Assembly (NCBI GenBank): GCA_015064965.1
Contig: SVRG01000004.1
Span: forward strand, 1 to 58,436
Source of the DNA: Oscillospiraceae bacterium
GTDB lineage: Bacteria > Bacillota > Clostridia > Oscillospirales > CAG-272
DNA length: 58,436 nucleotides
Direction of reading: 5' to 3'
The notes below the pieces were generated by a model. The model did not search any database and had not been told where the DNA came from. It was given only the letters and a program-made list of their open reading frames with translations. Shown here in pieces: positions 35,132 through 45,224 of this stretch. Positions within the stretch are counted from its first letter, which is position 1. Each line of letters begins with the position of its first letter. Made by a program: the position numbers and the translations under genes.

Positions 35132-35896
35132 ATGGCTTCGGAAAAAAGACGCAAACACAGTCCGTTTTCGCTGAGCGAAAACCAAGGTACATTGCATAAA
35201 AATCTTGAGTTTACTGCAGTGGAGCAATACAAACTGCTCCGAACAAATCTTGACTTCACCCTGCCGGTTGGAGAAAAGTGCCCCATAATCGGTGTTACAA
35301 GTTCAATGCGCGGCGAAGGCAAAAGTACAACAGCGGTTAACCTTTCTTACGTTCTTGCCGAAAAGGGCAGCCGTGTGTTGCTTATCGACGGCGACCTCAG
35401 AATTCCCTCGATTGCAAAAAAGATGCAGATCGCAAGCACGCCCGGACTTACGGACTTTTTGATGGGCAAGGGCGCAAACTTTGCAAGTTTTCAGTCCGAG
35501 CTTTTGAAGAATTGGTTTATTCTTCCGTCGGGCAATATCCCGCCCAACCCCTCGGAGCTTCTCGGTTCAAAGAGAATGGAGGCGGTGCTCGCCGAACTCC
35601 GCGAGGCGTTTGACTATATCGTTATTGACCTTCCCCCTGTAAATATCGTATCTGATGCGTTGTCAATATCAAGTCTTATCACCGGAATGATTGTTGTAAT
35701 ACGCGAGGAGTACACAGAGAAAAAGGAACTTGAACGCTGTTTCAGGCAGCTCCGCCTCTCCAATGTCAACATCCTCGGCTGCGTTATGAACGAATCGCAA
35801 ATCGGCGGCGGCTCTTACGGAAAATACAAGAAGTACAAGTACTACAAGTATTACCGTTATTATCAGAGCGACCCCAAGAAAGAAGAAGACAAGTGA
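35132..35896 (+). CDS. cpsD: BY-kinase CpsD/Wze
   Basis: EQYKLLRTNL, Walker A GEGKST, LLIDGDLR, PPNPSELL, DLPP, C-terminal Tyr cluster YGKYKKYKYYKYYRYY. Confidence 0.93.
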   Translation: MASEKRRKHSPFSLSENQGTLHKNLEFTAVEQYKLLRTNLDFTLPVGEKCPIIGVTSSMRGEGKSTTAVNLSYVLAEKGSRVLLIDGDLRIPSIAKKMQIASTPGLTDFLMGKGANFASFQSELLKNWFILPSGNIPPNPSELLGSKRMEAVLAELREAFDYIVIDLPPVNIVSDALSISSLITGMIVVIREEYTEKKELERCFRQLRLSNVNILGCVMNESQIGGGSYGKYKKYKYYKYYRYYQSDPKKEEDK

Positions 35897-36591
35897 TAGA
35901 TTGGCACAGCCACATTCTTCCTGCGATGGATGATGGCAGCCGCGATGTGGCAGAGAGCGTATCTCTTGTAAAAATGCTTGGTGAGCAGGGTGCGGACACC
36001 GTGATAGCAACGCCGCATTTTTATGCAAACCATGAAAAGGTTGAGAGGTTTCTGTCCCGCCGCGCGGCATCGTTTGATTCCCTTATGTCAGCGATTGACG
36101 GCTCTGCTCCGAAAATACTGCTCGGCGCCGAGGTCAAGTACTACAGCGGCATCAGCCGCATGGAGGATTTAAAGGCGCTGACAATTGGTGGAGGCAATTT
36201 GCTTTTGCTTGAAATGCCAATGGCAAAATGGACCGAATATGCAGTAAGGGAAGTGCTTGAGCTTGCCTCAACAAGGGGAATAACTGTTGTGCTTGCTCAT
36301 ATTGAAAGGTACTATTCACTGCAAAAGCCGACCGTTTGGGAAAGGCTTTACCAAAGCGGCGTGTTGATGCAGGTTAATGCCGGATTCTTTACCGGTTTGC
36401 TCACAAGGCGAAAGGCGCTTGACATGCTTTGCGAAGGCGGAATTCATTTTATCGGCTCCGATTGCCACGGAGTTCGGTCAAGACCGCCGAAAATCGGAAA
36501 AGCTTTTGATATTATTCAAAAAAAGTTCGGCGCAGATTTTATTTGTCAAATGAACGGGTACGGAAAAAACGTGCTCGTCAAAAATATTTAA
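35893..36591 (+). CDS. cpsB: PHP-family tyrosine phosphatase CpsB/Wzh
   Basis: DWHSHILP..DDGS, ATPH, AHIERY, GSDCH. Confidence 0.93.
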   Translation: MIDWHSHILPAMDDGSRDVAESVSLVKMLGEQGADTVIATPHFYANHEKVERFLSRRAASFDSLMSAIDGSAPKILLGAEVKYYSGISRMEDLKALTIGGGNLLLLEMPMAKWTEYAVREVLELASTRGITVVLAHIERYYSLQKPTVWERLYQSGVLMQVNAGFFTGLLTRRKALDMLCEGGIHFIGSDCHGVRSRPPKIGKAFDIIQKKFGADFICQMNGYGKNVLVKNI

Positions 36592-36624
36592 AACTATTTA
36601 ATTTTTGAAAGGATGATATCCAAA

Positions 36625-37281
36625 ATGAAAAAGTTAGTTGCTATTGTTCTCACTCTTATCATTGCAGTTTGCGCTTGCGCAACAGTAGCTGCAACCGGTG
36701 GCTTTGTTTCAAGCCCTTCCAACAACCAGGCTCCTACGGTTGTCGGATTTAAGACTGACCTTGACGGTTGCCCTGCGGTAATTGTTTGTACCGCGTATGC
36801 AGACCGTGACGAGCTTAAAACCGAAACCCGCGAAAAGCTTGAAGATGCTTATGAAACCATCGTAAACACCTTGGACTTAAGCTTGCTCAATGAAGACCTT
36901 ACAGATGTTGCAAAACAGCTTGGCATCGACGTTAAGGATCTTGCAGTAAGCGATATGTTCGATATCAGCGCAATAGGCTGTGACCTCCACGAAAATCACG
37001 GTCACTTTGAAGTTGAGCTCAAGCCCACTTCTCTCAAAAACTTTGTAGCACTTATTCACTACTACAAGGGCGAATGGCGCATCGTTGAAGATGTTGAGAT
37101 TGACGAAGAAGGCAACCTTGTGTTTGAAGAAGATGAATTCTCTCCTTTCGCAATTGTTGTAGATATCGGCGAAGAGGAAAGCAGCCTTCTCTGGCTCTGG
37201 ATTCTCCTTGCAGTTCTTGCAACATTGATCATCTTCTTTGTTATTTGGAAAAAGTCCAAAAAAGACACAAAAGAAGCTTAA
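36625..37281 (+). CDS. Exported protein with a C-terminal membrane anchor
   Basis: Signal peptide, acidic body ending FSPFAIV, C-terminal TM and basic tail. Confidence 0.75.
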   Translation: MKKLVAIVLTLIIAVCACATVAATGGFVSSPSNNQAPTVVGFKTDLDGCPAVIVCTAYADRDELKTETREKLEDAYETIVNTLDLSLLNEDLTDVAKQLGIDVKDLAVSDMFDISAIGCDLHENHGHFEVELKPTSLKNFVALIHYYKGEWRIVEDVEIDEEGNLVFEEDEFSPFAIVVDIGEEESSLLWLWILLAVLATLIIFFVIWKKSKKDTKEA

Positions 37282-37307
37282 ATAATTAATTAAAGGGAAT
37301 ATGTGTT

Positions 37308-38303
37308 ATGAAAACACACGTGAATAACAAAAGGCTCTATTTAAAATACGGTTTATTGGCTTTTTTAGTTGTTGTTCTCATTGCTGCAGCACTTTTCGGA
37401 CTGAAAATGTGGGAAAAACAGCGTGGCAGATTCCCCGAATTGACTTTTGAAGAAAAAACTTTATCGTTTGGCGGAAAGGAATATAAGCGCAAGGACAATA
37501 TAGAAACATTCCTTGTGATGGGCCTTGACAAGTTTGAAGGCGATTCTGTTTCCGATTCGTACAACAATGACAAGCAAGCCGACTTTCTGATGCTTTTTGT
37601 GTTTGACAACGAAGCTAAAAAGTGTACGGCTTTGCAAATCAATCGCGATACCATGACGGATGTAAATGTTCTGGGCGTTGCCGGTAATAGGATTGATACA
37701 CTTACAAGTCAAATTGCGCTTGCCCATACATACGGCAACGGCAGGGGTGTAAGCTGCCGCAACACTGCGGATTCTGTTTCTGCGCTTTTGCTTGGCGGAA
37801 AGATAAATCATTACATTTCGCTCACCATGGACTCCGTTGCGGTGTTCAATGATCTTGTCGGCGGCGTAGAGGTTGAAGTGCTTGATGATTTTTCGGGCAT
37901 TGATGACACTCTTGTAAAGGGCGAAAAAGTCACACTCATGGGTGAGCATTCGCTCAACTATGTGCGCACGCGCCGCGGTCTTGATGACAGTACAAACAAT
38001 ACGCGCATGAAGCGTCAGCATCAGTATATTGATGCGCTTTATGAAAAAACAATGCAAAAGGTCGAGGAGGACGAGGAGTTTTTCATTGATGCGTCACTTG
38101 AAATGGCGGATTATATAGTTTCCGACCGCTCCGTTACCCAGCTTCAGGACCTTGCAAACAAATTCGTCGAATATGAGTTCGAAAGAATGGACGATATTGA
38201 AGGCGAAACAGTGCGTGGAGAAAAGTTTATGGAGTTTTATCCCGATGAAGAATCGGTGTTCAAAACCGTAATTGCTCTTTTCTACGAGCCTGTAATAAAA
38301 TAG
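37308..38303 (+). CDS. LCP (LytR-CpsA-Psr) glycopolymer transferase
   Basis: N-terminal TM; LVMGLD, QADFLML, INRDT, DLVGGV, YVRTR, RMKRQ. Confidence 0.92.
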   Translation: MKTHVNNKRLYLKYGLLAFLVVVLIAAALFGLKMWEKQRGRFPELTFEEKTLSFGGKEYKRKDNIETFLVMGLDKFEGDSVSDSYNNDKQADFLMLFVFDNEAKKCTALQINRDTMTDVNVLGVAGNRIDTLTSQIALAHTYGNGRGVSCRNTADSVSALLLGGKINHYISLTMDSVAVFNDLVGGVEVEVLDDFSGIDDTLVKGEKVTLMGEHSLNYVRTRRGLDDSTNNTRMKRQHQYIDALYEKTMQKVEEDEEFFIDASLEMADYIVSDRSVTQLQDLANKFVEYEFERMDDIEGETVRGEKFMEFYPDEESVFKTVIALFYEPVIK

Positions 38304-38327
38304 TTTTTAAGGAGGGTATGCTTTAAT

Positions 38328-39005
38328 ATGAAATTAAAAGATAGAATATACGACATACCCTCCGAAAAATTTGCGGAGCCGATAAAGGTTTCAAAGAAAC
38401 CTTTATATACAGTTTTAAAGCGATTTTTTGACATTGTGTTCTCGCTGCTTGGCTTGCTTGTGCTTGCCCTTCCGCTTGCTTTAATGTCTTTGATTATTGT
38501 AATAGACAGCCCGGGTGCTTCTCCCATTTATGCGCAGGACCGCGTGGGTAAAAACGGTAAAGTGTTTAAGTTTTACAAGTTCCGTTCAATGGTGCCGGGT
38601 GCGGACAAGATGCTTGAAGAGCTGCTTGATAAAAACGAGATGGACGGGCCTGCATTTAAAATGAAGGAAGATCCGAGAATCACCCGTCTTGGCAAGTTTA
38701 TGCGCAAAACCAGCATTGACGAGCTTCCCCAGCTGTGGAACGTGCTCAAAGGAGATATGAGCCTTGTAGGACCGCGTCCGCCGCTTCCGCGAGAGGTGGA
38801 GCAGTACACAGGTTATCAAAAGCAAAGGCTGCTTGTAACTCCGGGAATCACCTGCTATTGGCAGGTGCAGCCGCGCCGCAATGACCTCACATTTGATGAG
38901 TGGCTGGCGCTTGATCTGAAATACATAACTGACCGTAGTCTTAAAAACGATTTTAAGATTCTGCTTGCAACTGTTGGAGCAGTATGCGGTATGGAGGGCG
39001 AGTAA
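38328..39005 (+). CDS. Priming phosphoglycosyl transferase (Bac_transf)
   Basis: KRFFDI, FYKFRSM, DPRIT.LG.F.RKTSIDELPQL.NVLKGDMSLVGPRP. Confidence 0.95.
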   Translation: MKLKDRIYDIPSEKFAEPIKVSKKPLYTVLKRFFDIVFSLLGLLVLALPLALMSLIIVIDSPGASPIYAQDRVGKNGKVFKFYKFRSMVPGADKMLEELLDKNEMDGPAFKMKEDPRITRLGKFMRKTSIDELPQLWNVLKGDMSLVGPRPPLPREVEQYTGYQKQRLLVTPGITCYWQVQPRRNDLTFDEWLALDLKYITDRSLKNDFKILLATVGAVCGMEGE

Positions 39006-40144
39006 TGCCCGAAAACAAGGATAAAAAATTGCGTATTGCAATGCTCGGACACAAGCGGATCCCGTCACGCGAAGGCGGAGTTGAAATTGTGGTAGAGTCA
39101 CTTGCCACGCGTATGAGTTCGCTCGGTCACAACGTGACTTGCTATAATCGGAGCGGACATCATGTCAGCGGCGCCGATTTTGACGGCGCAAAACTTAAAG
39201 AACACAAGGGTGTGCGTATCAAAAACGTATGGACACTTGACCGACGCGGACTTGCGGCAATGACGGCTTCTTTTTCTGCTGCGGTATGTGCTGCGTTTGG
39301 TAAATATGATGTTGTGCATTTTCACGCGGAGGGACCGTGTGCAATGCTTTGGTTGCCAAAGCTTTTTGGCAAAAGGTGTATCGCAACGGTACACGGCCTT
39401 GACCATCAGCGTGCAAAGTGGGGACGCTTTGCATCGTGGTATATCCGCACGGGCGAAAAATGTGCGGTGCGTTTTGCCGATGAGATAATCGTGCTCAGCG
39501 AGGGCGTAAAACAGTATTTTAAAGAAACCTACGGCAGAGAAACTGTGTTTATTCCAAACGGAGTAACGCGCCCGGAAACGGTGGATGCCGATGAGATCTC
39601 AAAACTTTACGGACTGAAAAAAGACAGTTACATCCTTTATCTCGGGCGTCTTGTGCCTGAAAAGGGTATTAAATATTTAATTGAAGCATTCAAAGGTGTT
39701 GCAAGCGACAAAAAGCTTGTGATTGCAGGCGGTGCTTCGGATAGCGGCGAGTATGCGGCACAGTTGAAAGAACTTGCAAAAGGCGATGAGCGCATAATTT
39801 TTACCGGATTTGTCGAGGGTAGAACGCTTTTTGAACTTTATTCAAATGCATATCTCTATGTGCTCCCCTCCGACCTTGAGGGAATGCCGCTAAGTTTGCT
39901 TGAGGCAATGAGCTACGGCAATATGTGTCTTACATCCGATATTGCAGAGTGCGCCGATGTTATCGGTGAGTGCGGCGCTACTTTTAAGCGCGGTGACGTT
40001 TCGGATTTAAAGAAAACTTTGCAAAAGCTTTGCGATGATCCCGATAGCGTTAAGTCATACAAAGATATGGCGGCAGATTACATTTGCTCAAAATACAATT
40101 GGGACGATGTAACCGAGCAAACTCTTATGCTATATAGGAAATAA
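39005..40144 (+). CDS. GT4 glycosyltransferase
   Basis: IPSREGGVE, GRLVPEKG, PSDLEGMPLSLLEAM. Start moved to the ATG at 39005. Confidence 0.92.
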   Translation: MPENKDKKLRIAMLGHKRIPSREGGVEIVVESLATRMSSLGHNVTCYNRSGHHVSGADFDGAKLKEHKGVRIKNVWTLDRRGLAAMTASFSAAVCAAFGKYDVVHFHAEGPCAMLWLPKLFGKRCIATVHGLDHQRAKWGRFASWYIRTGEKCAVRFADEIIVLSEGVKQYFKETYGRETVFIPNGVTRPETVDADEISKLYGLKKDSYILYLGRLVPEKGIKYLIEAFKGVASDKKLVIAGGASDSGEYAAQLKELAKGDERIIFTGFVEGRTLFELYSNAYLYVLPSDLEGMPLSLLEAMSYGNMCLTSDIAECADVIGECGATFKRGDVSDLKKTLQKLCDDPDSVKSYKDMAADYICSKYNWDDVTEQTLMLYRK

Positions 40145-40145
40145 T

Positions 40146-41342
40146 ATGAAAATATTACTTGTAAATAAGTTTTTGTACCCCAAGGGCGGCGCAGAAACTT
40201 ATGTATTCAAACTTGGCGAAACTTTAGAAAAATACGGACATTCGGTGCAGTATTTTGGGCTTGACAATCCCAAAAACATTGTTTTTAACAATGCCGGGGC
40301 ATATGTATCCGATATGGATTTTGGCGCAGGTGTTGCGAAAAATCTTACTGCTCCTTTCCGTATTATATATTCAGCCGAGGCGCGTAGAAAGATACGCAAG
40401 GTTCTTCTTGATTTTGAGCCGGATGTTGTTCATCTTAATAATATACAATTCCACCTTACGCCAAGTATAATTCTCGAAGTTGAAAAGTACCGCAAAAAAG
40501 CCAAGCGCGATGTGAAAATAATCTATACCGCGCACGATTACCAGCTTGTGTGTCCCAGTCACGGGCTTTTTGACACCGAGGTAAGTATTTGCGAGAAGTG
40601 CCTTGGCGGAAACTATACGCACTGTTTTAAAACGAAGTGTATGAAAAATTCGCGCGCAAAAAGTTTGCTTGCAATGCTTGATGCGTACTTCTGGAAGTTT
40701 AAAAAAGCATATGATTATATTGATACTATCATATGCCCATCAAACTTTTTAAAAAACAAGCTTGATACAGATCCTCGGTTTGCTAAAAAAACTGTTGCAC
40801 TGCACAATTTTATTGAAAAGCAGGAGTTTTCGGCGGTAGAAAAGGGAGATTATGTATTGGAATTCGGGCATTTGTCACGCGACAAAGGCACGCTCACTCT
40901 TCTTGAGGTGGCAAAGCGTATGCCAAATGTTCGTTTTGTATTTGCAGGATACGGTGATGCAGAAGCGGAAATTGCAAAGGTTGAAAACGCCGAGTTTGTC
41001 GGATTTAAGACGGGGGACGAGCTGAAAGAGCTTATACAAAAGGCGCTTTGCAGTGTTTATCCGTCAGAGTGGTATGAAAATTGCCCGTTTTCGGTGGTTG
41101 AGTCGCAGATGTGCGGCACTCCTGTTGTCGCATCGCGTATGGGTGGTATTCCCGAACTTTTATGCGAGGGGAAAAGCGGACTTTTGTTTGAGGCAGGCAA
41201 TGCCGATGACCTTGCAGAAAAGCTGAAATATCTGCTTGGCGATGCAGAAAGACTGAAGTTTTTCACAGAAAACTGCGCAAATGTCGCTTTTGAATCCCCA
41301 AAAACTTATTACGAAAAGCTAATGCGTATTTACGGAGTTTAA
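40146..41342 (+). CDS. GT4 glycosyltransferase with an internal Cys cluster
   Basis: KGGAE, TAHDYQLVCP..CEKC..C..KC, PSEWYENCPFSVVES. Confidence 0.9.
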   Translation: MKILLVNKFLYPKGGAETYVFKLGETLEKYGHSVQYFGLDNPKNIVFNNAGAYVSDMDFGAGVAKNLTAPFRIIYSAEARRKIRKVLLDFEPDVVHLNNIQFHLTPSIILEVEKYRKKAKRDVKIIYTAHDYQLVCPSHGLFDTEVSICEKCLGGNYTHCFKTKCMKNSRAKSLLAMLDAYFWKFKKAYDYIDTIICPSNFLKNKLDTDPRFAKKTVALHNFIEKQEFSAVEKGDYVLEFGHLSRDKGTLTLLEVAKRMPNVRFVFAGYGDAEAEIAKVENAEFVGFKTGDELKELIQKALCSVYPSEWYENCPFSVVESQMCGTPVVASRMGGIPELLCEGKSGLLFEAGNADDLAEKLKYLLGDAERLKFFTENCANVAFESPKTYYEKLMRIYGV

Positions 41343-41344
41343 AA

Positions 41345-42520
41345 ATGAAGATATACGAAATAGGCACAGGCTATACCCCGATCCCCGCGCAGATGGGCGC
41401 AGCTACAGAGATAGTTGTTGAGGAGTTGACACGCGCCCTTATCAAAAACGGCGAGGACGCTGAAATTATAGATATAAAGGCACGCGCAAGAGCAAAAAAT
41501 CAACTTCCGATTACTGAGGTTAATGTCCCGTCAATGTTTACAAAGACCGATGTCAGCCTTGGAATTATGCACAAACTCAAGAGAGTGGTGTATTCGGTTG
41601 CGCTCGCCTCAAAGCTTAAAAAGATTTTGAAAAGCACTAAAGAAAAGGTTGTTTTTCATTTTCACAATCAGTACAATATGTTCTTCTTTTTGAAACTTGT
41701 GCCGAAAAAGCTTCGCGAAAAGGCGATTTTAGCATATACTGTGCATTCATATATATGGGGCACAGAGTGGGAGAAGATAGAGGCAACTGTAAAAAAGAAG
41801 TATTTTCAAGAGGTTTTCTCTGTTAAAAATGCGGATGCGGTTTTTGTGCTCAATGATATAACTATTGACCATTTTGTAAATCGCCTTTCAGTGAATAAAG
41901 AGAAGATCCACAAGGTTTTGAACGGTGTGAATGTTGAGCGATATGCACCGCTCCCAGTTGACGAGGTTGATGCGTTCAAACGCGAGCTTTCGCTTGACGG
42001 AAAAAAGGTGATCTTTCAGGTCGGCTCTGTTTGCGACAGAAAAAGTCAACTTGGTTCGCTTATGATGCTTTGCGACTATCTTAAAGCCCACAGCGATACG
42101 GTTTATATGTATGCAGGCGGTATTATCGACGGAGATTATCAGCAGTCAATAATAAACTTTGCCAAAGAGAATGGCATTGAAGAGCAGGTGAAATATGTGG
42201 GCGAGCTTGCTCCGGGCGAAGAGCTTAACAAGTATTATAACGCTGCTGACGTGAGTGTATTTACATCGACGCTTGAGTCATTCGGACTTGTTATTATCGA
42301 GGCAATTTCATCGGGCACACCTGTGATAATCGGGAAAAACCTGATGTTTGATCTAAAGAGCGGTTTTTATATGTATCACAGTGAAGAAGAGTTTGTTTCC
42401 CTTGTGGCAAGCATACTTGACGGCGGAAAAACTGCAGATTTTGACGGCAGCGAGGTAGTGGGAAAATACAACTGGAATGCGGTTGCAAAAACCCATAGCG
42501 AACTGTTTGAAAAGCTTTAA
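41345..42520 (+). CDS. GT4 glycosyltransferase
   Basis: MGAATE, NGV, RKSQ, ESFGLVIIEAISSGTPV. Confidence 0.9.
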   Translation: MKIYEIGTGYTPIPAQMGAATEIVVEELTRALIKNGEDAEIIDIKARARAKNQLPITEVNVPSMFTKTDVSLGIMHKLKRVVYSVALASKLKKILKSTKEKVVFHFHNQYNMFFFLKLVPKKLREKAILAYTVHSYIWGTEWEKIEATVKKKYFQEVFSVKNADAVFVLNDITIDHFVNRLSVNKEKIHKVLNGVNVERYAPLPVDEVDAFKRELSLDGKKVIFQVGSVCDRKSQLGSLMMLCDYLKAHSDTVYMYAGGIIDGDYQQSIINFAKENGIEEQVKYVGELAPGEELNKYYNAADVSVFTSTLESFGLVIIEAISSGTPVIIGKNLMFDLKSGFYMYHSEEEFVSLVASILDGGKTADFDGSEVVGKYNWNAVAKTHSELFEKL

Positions 42521-42541
42521 AATTTTGTATTGGAGTAAAAA

Positions 42542-43627
42542 ATGGCAAAAAAACTTAACGGCACAGTTATAGTTACATACCGATGCAATGCAAAATGCAC
42601 CATGTGCAACAGATATAAGGTTCCGTCAAAGCCGGAGGACGAGCTTTCGATCGAAACCATAAAAAAGCTCCCTGAAATGTATTTTACAAACATCACGGGC
42701 GGCGAACCCTTTATGCGCGAGGACCTCAAAGATGTTGTTCGCGAGCTTTATAAAAAGAGCGAAAGAATTGTTATTTCCACAAACGGATTTTATACCGACA
42801 GAATCGTGGATCTTTGCAAGGAGTTTCCGAATATCGGTATCAGAATTTCCATTGAGGGACTTGAGAAGACCAACAACGAGATACGCGGACTTGAGGACGG
42901 ATTCAACCGCGGCTACACCACGCTTAAAACCCTGGTTGAGATGGGGATGAAGGACGTTGGCTTTGGCATGACCGTTCAGGATAAAAACGCTCCCGACCTT
43001 GTTGCACTTTACAACATTTCCGACGAGATGGGTATGGAGTTTGCCACGGCATCTTTGCACAACAGCTTCTACTTCGTGGAGTCGAATAATATCATTCATG
43101 ACCGTCTTATGGTGGCGCAGAACTTTGAGGATCTTGTAAACAGACTGCTTGAGTCAAACAGCCCTAAAAAGTGGTTCCGCGCATACTTCAACCACGGACT
43201 TATAAATTACATATTCAGTCAAAAGCGTCTGCTCCCATGTGACATGAGCTTTGACACATTCTTTATTGATCCGTTTGGCGATGTTATGCCATGTAACGGC
43301 ACTAAAGAAAAGGAAGTTATGGGCAATCTCAATGAGCAAACATGGGATGAGCTCTGGAACAGCGAAGCGGCAGAAATCGTGCGCAAAAAGGTTCGCGCTT
43401 GCGACAGAAACTGTTGGATGATAGGCTCCGTGTCGCCCGCTATGCATAAATACATATTGACGCCCGCACTTTGGGTGATCAAGCACAAATTCCTTTCTTT
43501 CGGCAAGAAAAAGAAATATTCGATGTACGAAAATAAAATCGTGCGCGACTATCGCGACGGCAAGGTTTCAAAAGAAGAACTTGATGCTTGCTCAACCTGC
43601 GAGGGATGCGCGGTGGAACGTGTATAA
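42542..43627 (+). CDS. Radical SAM/SPASM protein
   Basis: CNAKCTMC (CxxxCxxC), TGGEP, STNG; SPASM-like PC..IDPFGDVMPC..MGNL..C..NC. Confidence 0.92.
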   Translation: MAKKLNGTVIVTYRCNAKCTMCNRYKVPSKPEDELSIETIKKLPEMYFTNITGGEPFMREDLKDVVRELYKKSERIVISTNGFYTDRIVDLCKEFPNIGIRISIEGLEKTNNEIRGLEDGFNRGYTTLKTLVEMGMKDVGFGMTVQDKNAPDLVALYNISDEMGMEFATASLHNSFYFVESNNIIHDRLMVAQNFEDLVNRLLESNSPKKWFRAYFNHGLINYIFSQKRLLPCDMSFDTFFIDPFGDVMPCNGTKEKEVMGNLNEQTWDELWNSEAAEIVRKKVRACDRNCWMIGSVSPAMHKYILTPALWVIKHKFLSFGKKKKYSMYENKIVRDYRDGKVSKEELDACSTCEGCAVERV

Positions 43628-44646
43628 TGTTGATATTATCAAATTGCCTTACAAAGGTTGTTGACGAAGGTTGTATAAAGGTTGCAAACAGCCTTGTAAA
43701 AAGACTTAAAAATAACTCGGACAACCATTTTGTTGTTACTTATGAGAGGGAAAGTGCGCTTTCGGATGAGCATTTAAGTCTGAATAAGTTTTTGATTAGT
43801 AAAAGGCTGTTTTCGCTCATCAAGGAGCGCGGAGAGAGGGTGCTGTACCTACCGTTTCCGGCAAAACCGATTTCAACAGCGATACGTGTATTCATTTTGT
43901 CGCTTTTTGCAAAATGTGGCATGGATGTTTTAATAACCATGCAAAATGAGTGCGATTTTGTTTCAAAATTGCTTTTTAAGCTAAGCGGCGCAAATTTTGT
44001 GTTTTTGTCCGCACCGGCAGCGGCGCGTTTTAGCAAGCACGTCGGCGAAAAGCGTGTAAAGCATCTCAAGTGCGGTGTTGATACAAAACGTTTTTTGCCG
44101 GTTGACCAAGATAAGGCGCGGGCGCTTAAAGAAAAATACGGACTTGATAGCGACCGTGCGGTGGTGCTTCATGTGGGGCATCTTAACCGTGGCAGAAATG
44201 TGGCAGAACTTTTAAAGCTTGCCGATGAGTTTACGGTGTTGCTTGTCACAAGCACGCTTACAAAAAGCGAGCAGGACAAAGAGCTTCGTGCCTCGCTTGA
44301 AGCGGCAAATATAAAGATTATTGACGATTATATCCCCGACATAGAGGAGATTTATCAGCTTTCGGATGTTTACTTTTTTCCGGTTGTTGAGTACGGCAAA
44401 TGTATAGACGTTCCGCTTTCCTGCCTGGAGGCGGCGGCATGCAACAAGTGCGTTGTTACTACCGACTATGGCGAGATGAAGGAGTTTTGCGGCAAAGACG
44501 GATTTTATTTTATTGATTCGTTTGAAAAAGACGATTTAAAGACTCTTGTTAAAAAGGCGATTTCTTCAAAGGCTCAAACGAGGAGCGCAGTGCTTGAATA
44601 CGATTTTGACAACGCGGCTTTATATTTCGGTTTGGACGGTGAATGA
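43627..44646 (+). CDS. GT-B fold glycosyltransferase
   Basis: GVDTKRF.P, HVGHL..GRN, IDVPLSCLEAAAC. Start at 43627 overlaps the upstream stop. Confidence 0.82.
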   Translation: MLILSNCLTKVVDEGCIKVANSLVKRLKNNSDNHFVVTYERESALSDEHLSLNKFLISKRLFSLIKERGERVLYLPFPAKPISTAIRVFILSLFAKCGMDVLITMQNECDFVSKLLFKLSGANFVFLSAPAAARFSKHVGEKRVKHLKCGVDTKRFLPVDQDKARALKEKYGLDSDRAVVLHVGHLNRGRNVAELLKLADEFTVLLVTSTLTKSEQDKELRASLEAANIKIIDDYIPDIEEIYQLSDVYFFPVVEYGKCIDVPLSCLEAAACNKCVVTTDYGEMKEFCGKDGFYFIDSFEKDDLKTLVKKAISSKAQTRSAVLEYDFDNAALYFGLDGE

Positions 44647-45224
44647 TGGGTATTTCAACGAAAAAGGAATTAAAAGAATGTCTTGAAAAAGAGCGAGAAT
44701 TCTATCTTCCAAAAAAATTTGCCTTGGAGTGGAAGCTTACATCGGACAATAAATATAAACTCTATCAATATGTGCGTTTGCTTCGACTGACAGAGTACCA
44801 TTATAATACCAGAAAGAACCCCATACACAAGCTGCTGTACGCATGGTACAGAAGAAGAAAGAATATAGCGGGTAGAAAACTTGGTATTGAAATGTGGGAA
44901 AACACATTTGCAAGCGGACTTAAGATTGAGCATGCCGGCAATATTGTTGTAAACGGTCATTCAAAAATTGGCGAAAACTGCATCCTTTACGGCAGCAACT
45001 GCATAGGAAATGACGGCTTATCATCCCCATGCCCGAGAATTGGCAAAAATGTCAGGATCGGTGTTGGTGCCGTGGTGATTGGCGATGTTGAAATTGCAGA
45101 CAACGTAACCGTGGCGGCGGGAGCGGTAGTAGTAAAATCGTGCACCACCGAAGGGGCGGTGCTTGCAGGCGTACCTGCAAAAATCGTTAAAATCAATGTA
45201 AAAGCAGGAGAAACTAATGAATAA
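44643..45224 (+). CDS. Left-handed beta-helix O-acetyltransferase (SAT/WcaB-like)
   Basis: Hexapeptide repeats IGENC, IGKNVRIGVGAVVIGDVEIADNVTVAAGAVV, AGVPAK. Confidence 0.9.
   Translation: MMGISTKKELKECLEKEREFYLPKKFALEWKLTSDNKYKLYQYVRLLRLTEYHYNTRKNPIHKLLYAWYRRRKNIAGRKLGIEMWENTFASGLKIEHAGNIVVNGHSKIGENCILYGSNCIGNDGLSSPCPRIGKNVRIGVGAVVIGDVEIADNVTVAAGAVVVKSCTTEGAVLAGVPAKIVKINVKAGETNE

Noticed and set aside
35815-35863. AAGTAC microsatellite as a phase-variation switch
   Set aside because: It encodes the normal Tyr cluster of the BY-kinase, and the 6-nt unit keeps the reading frame.
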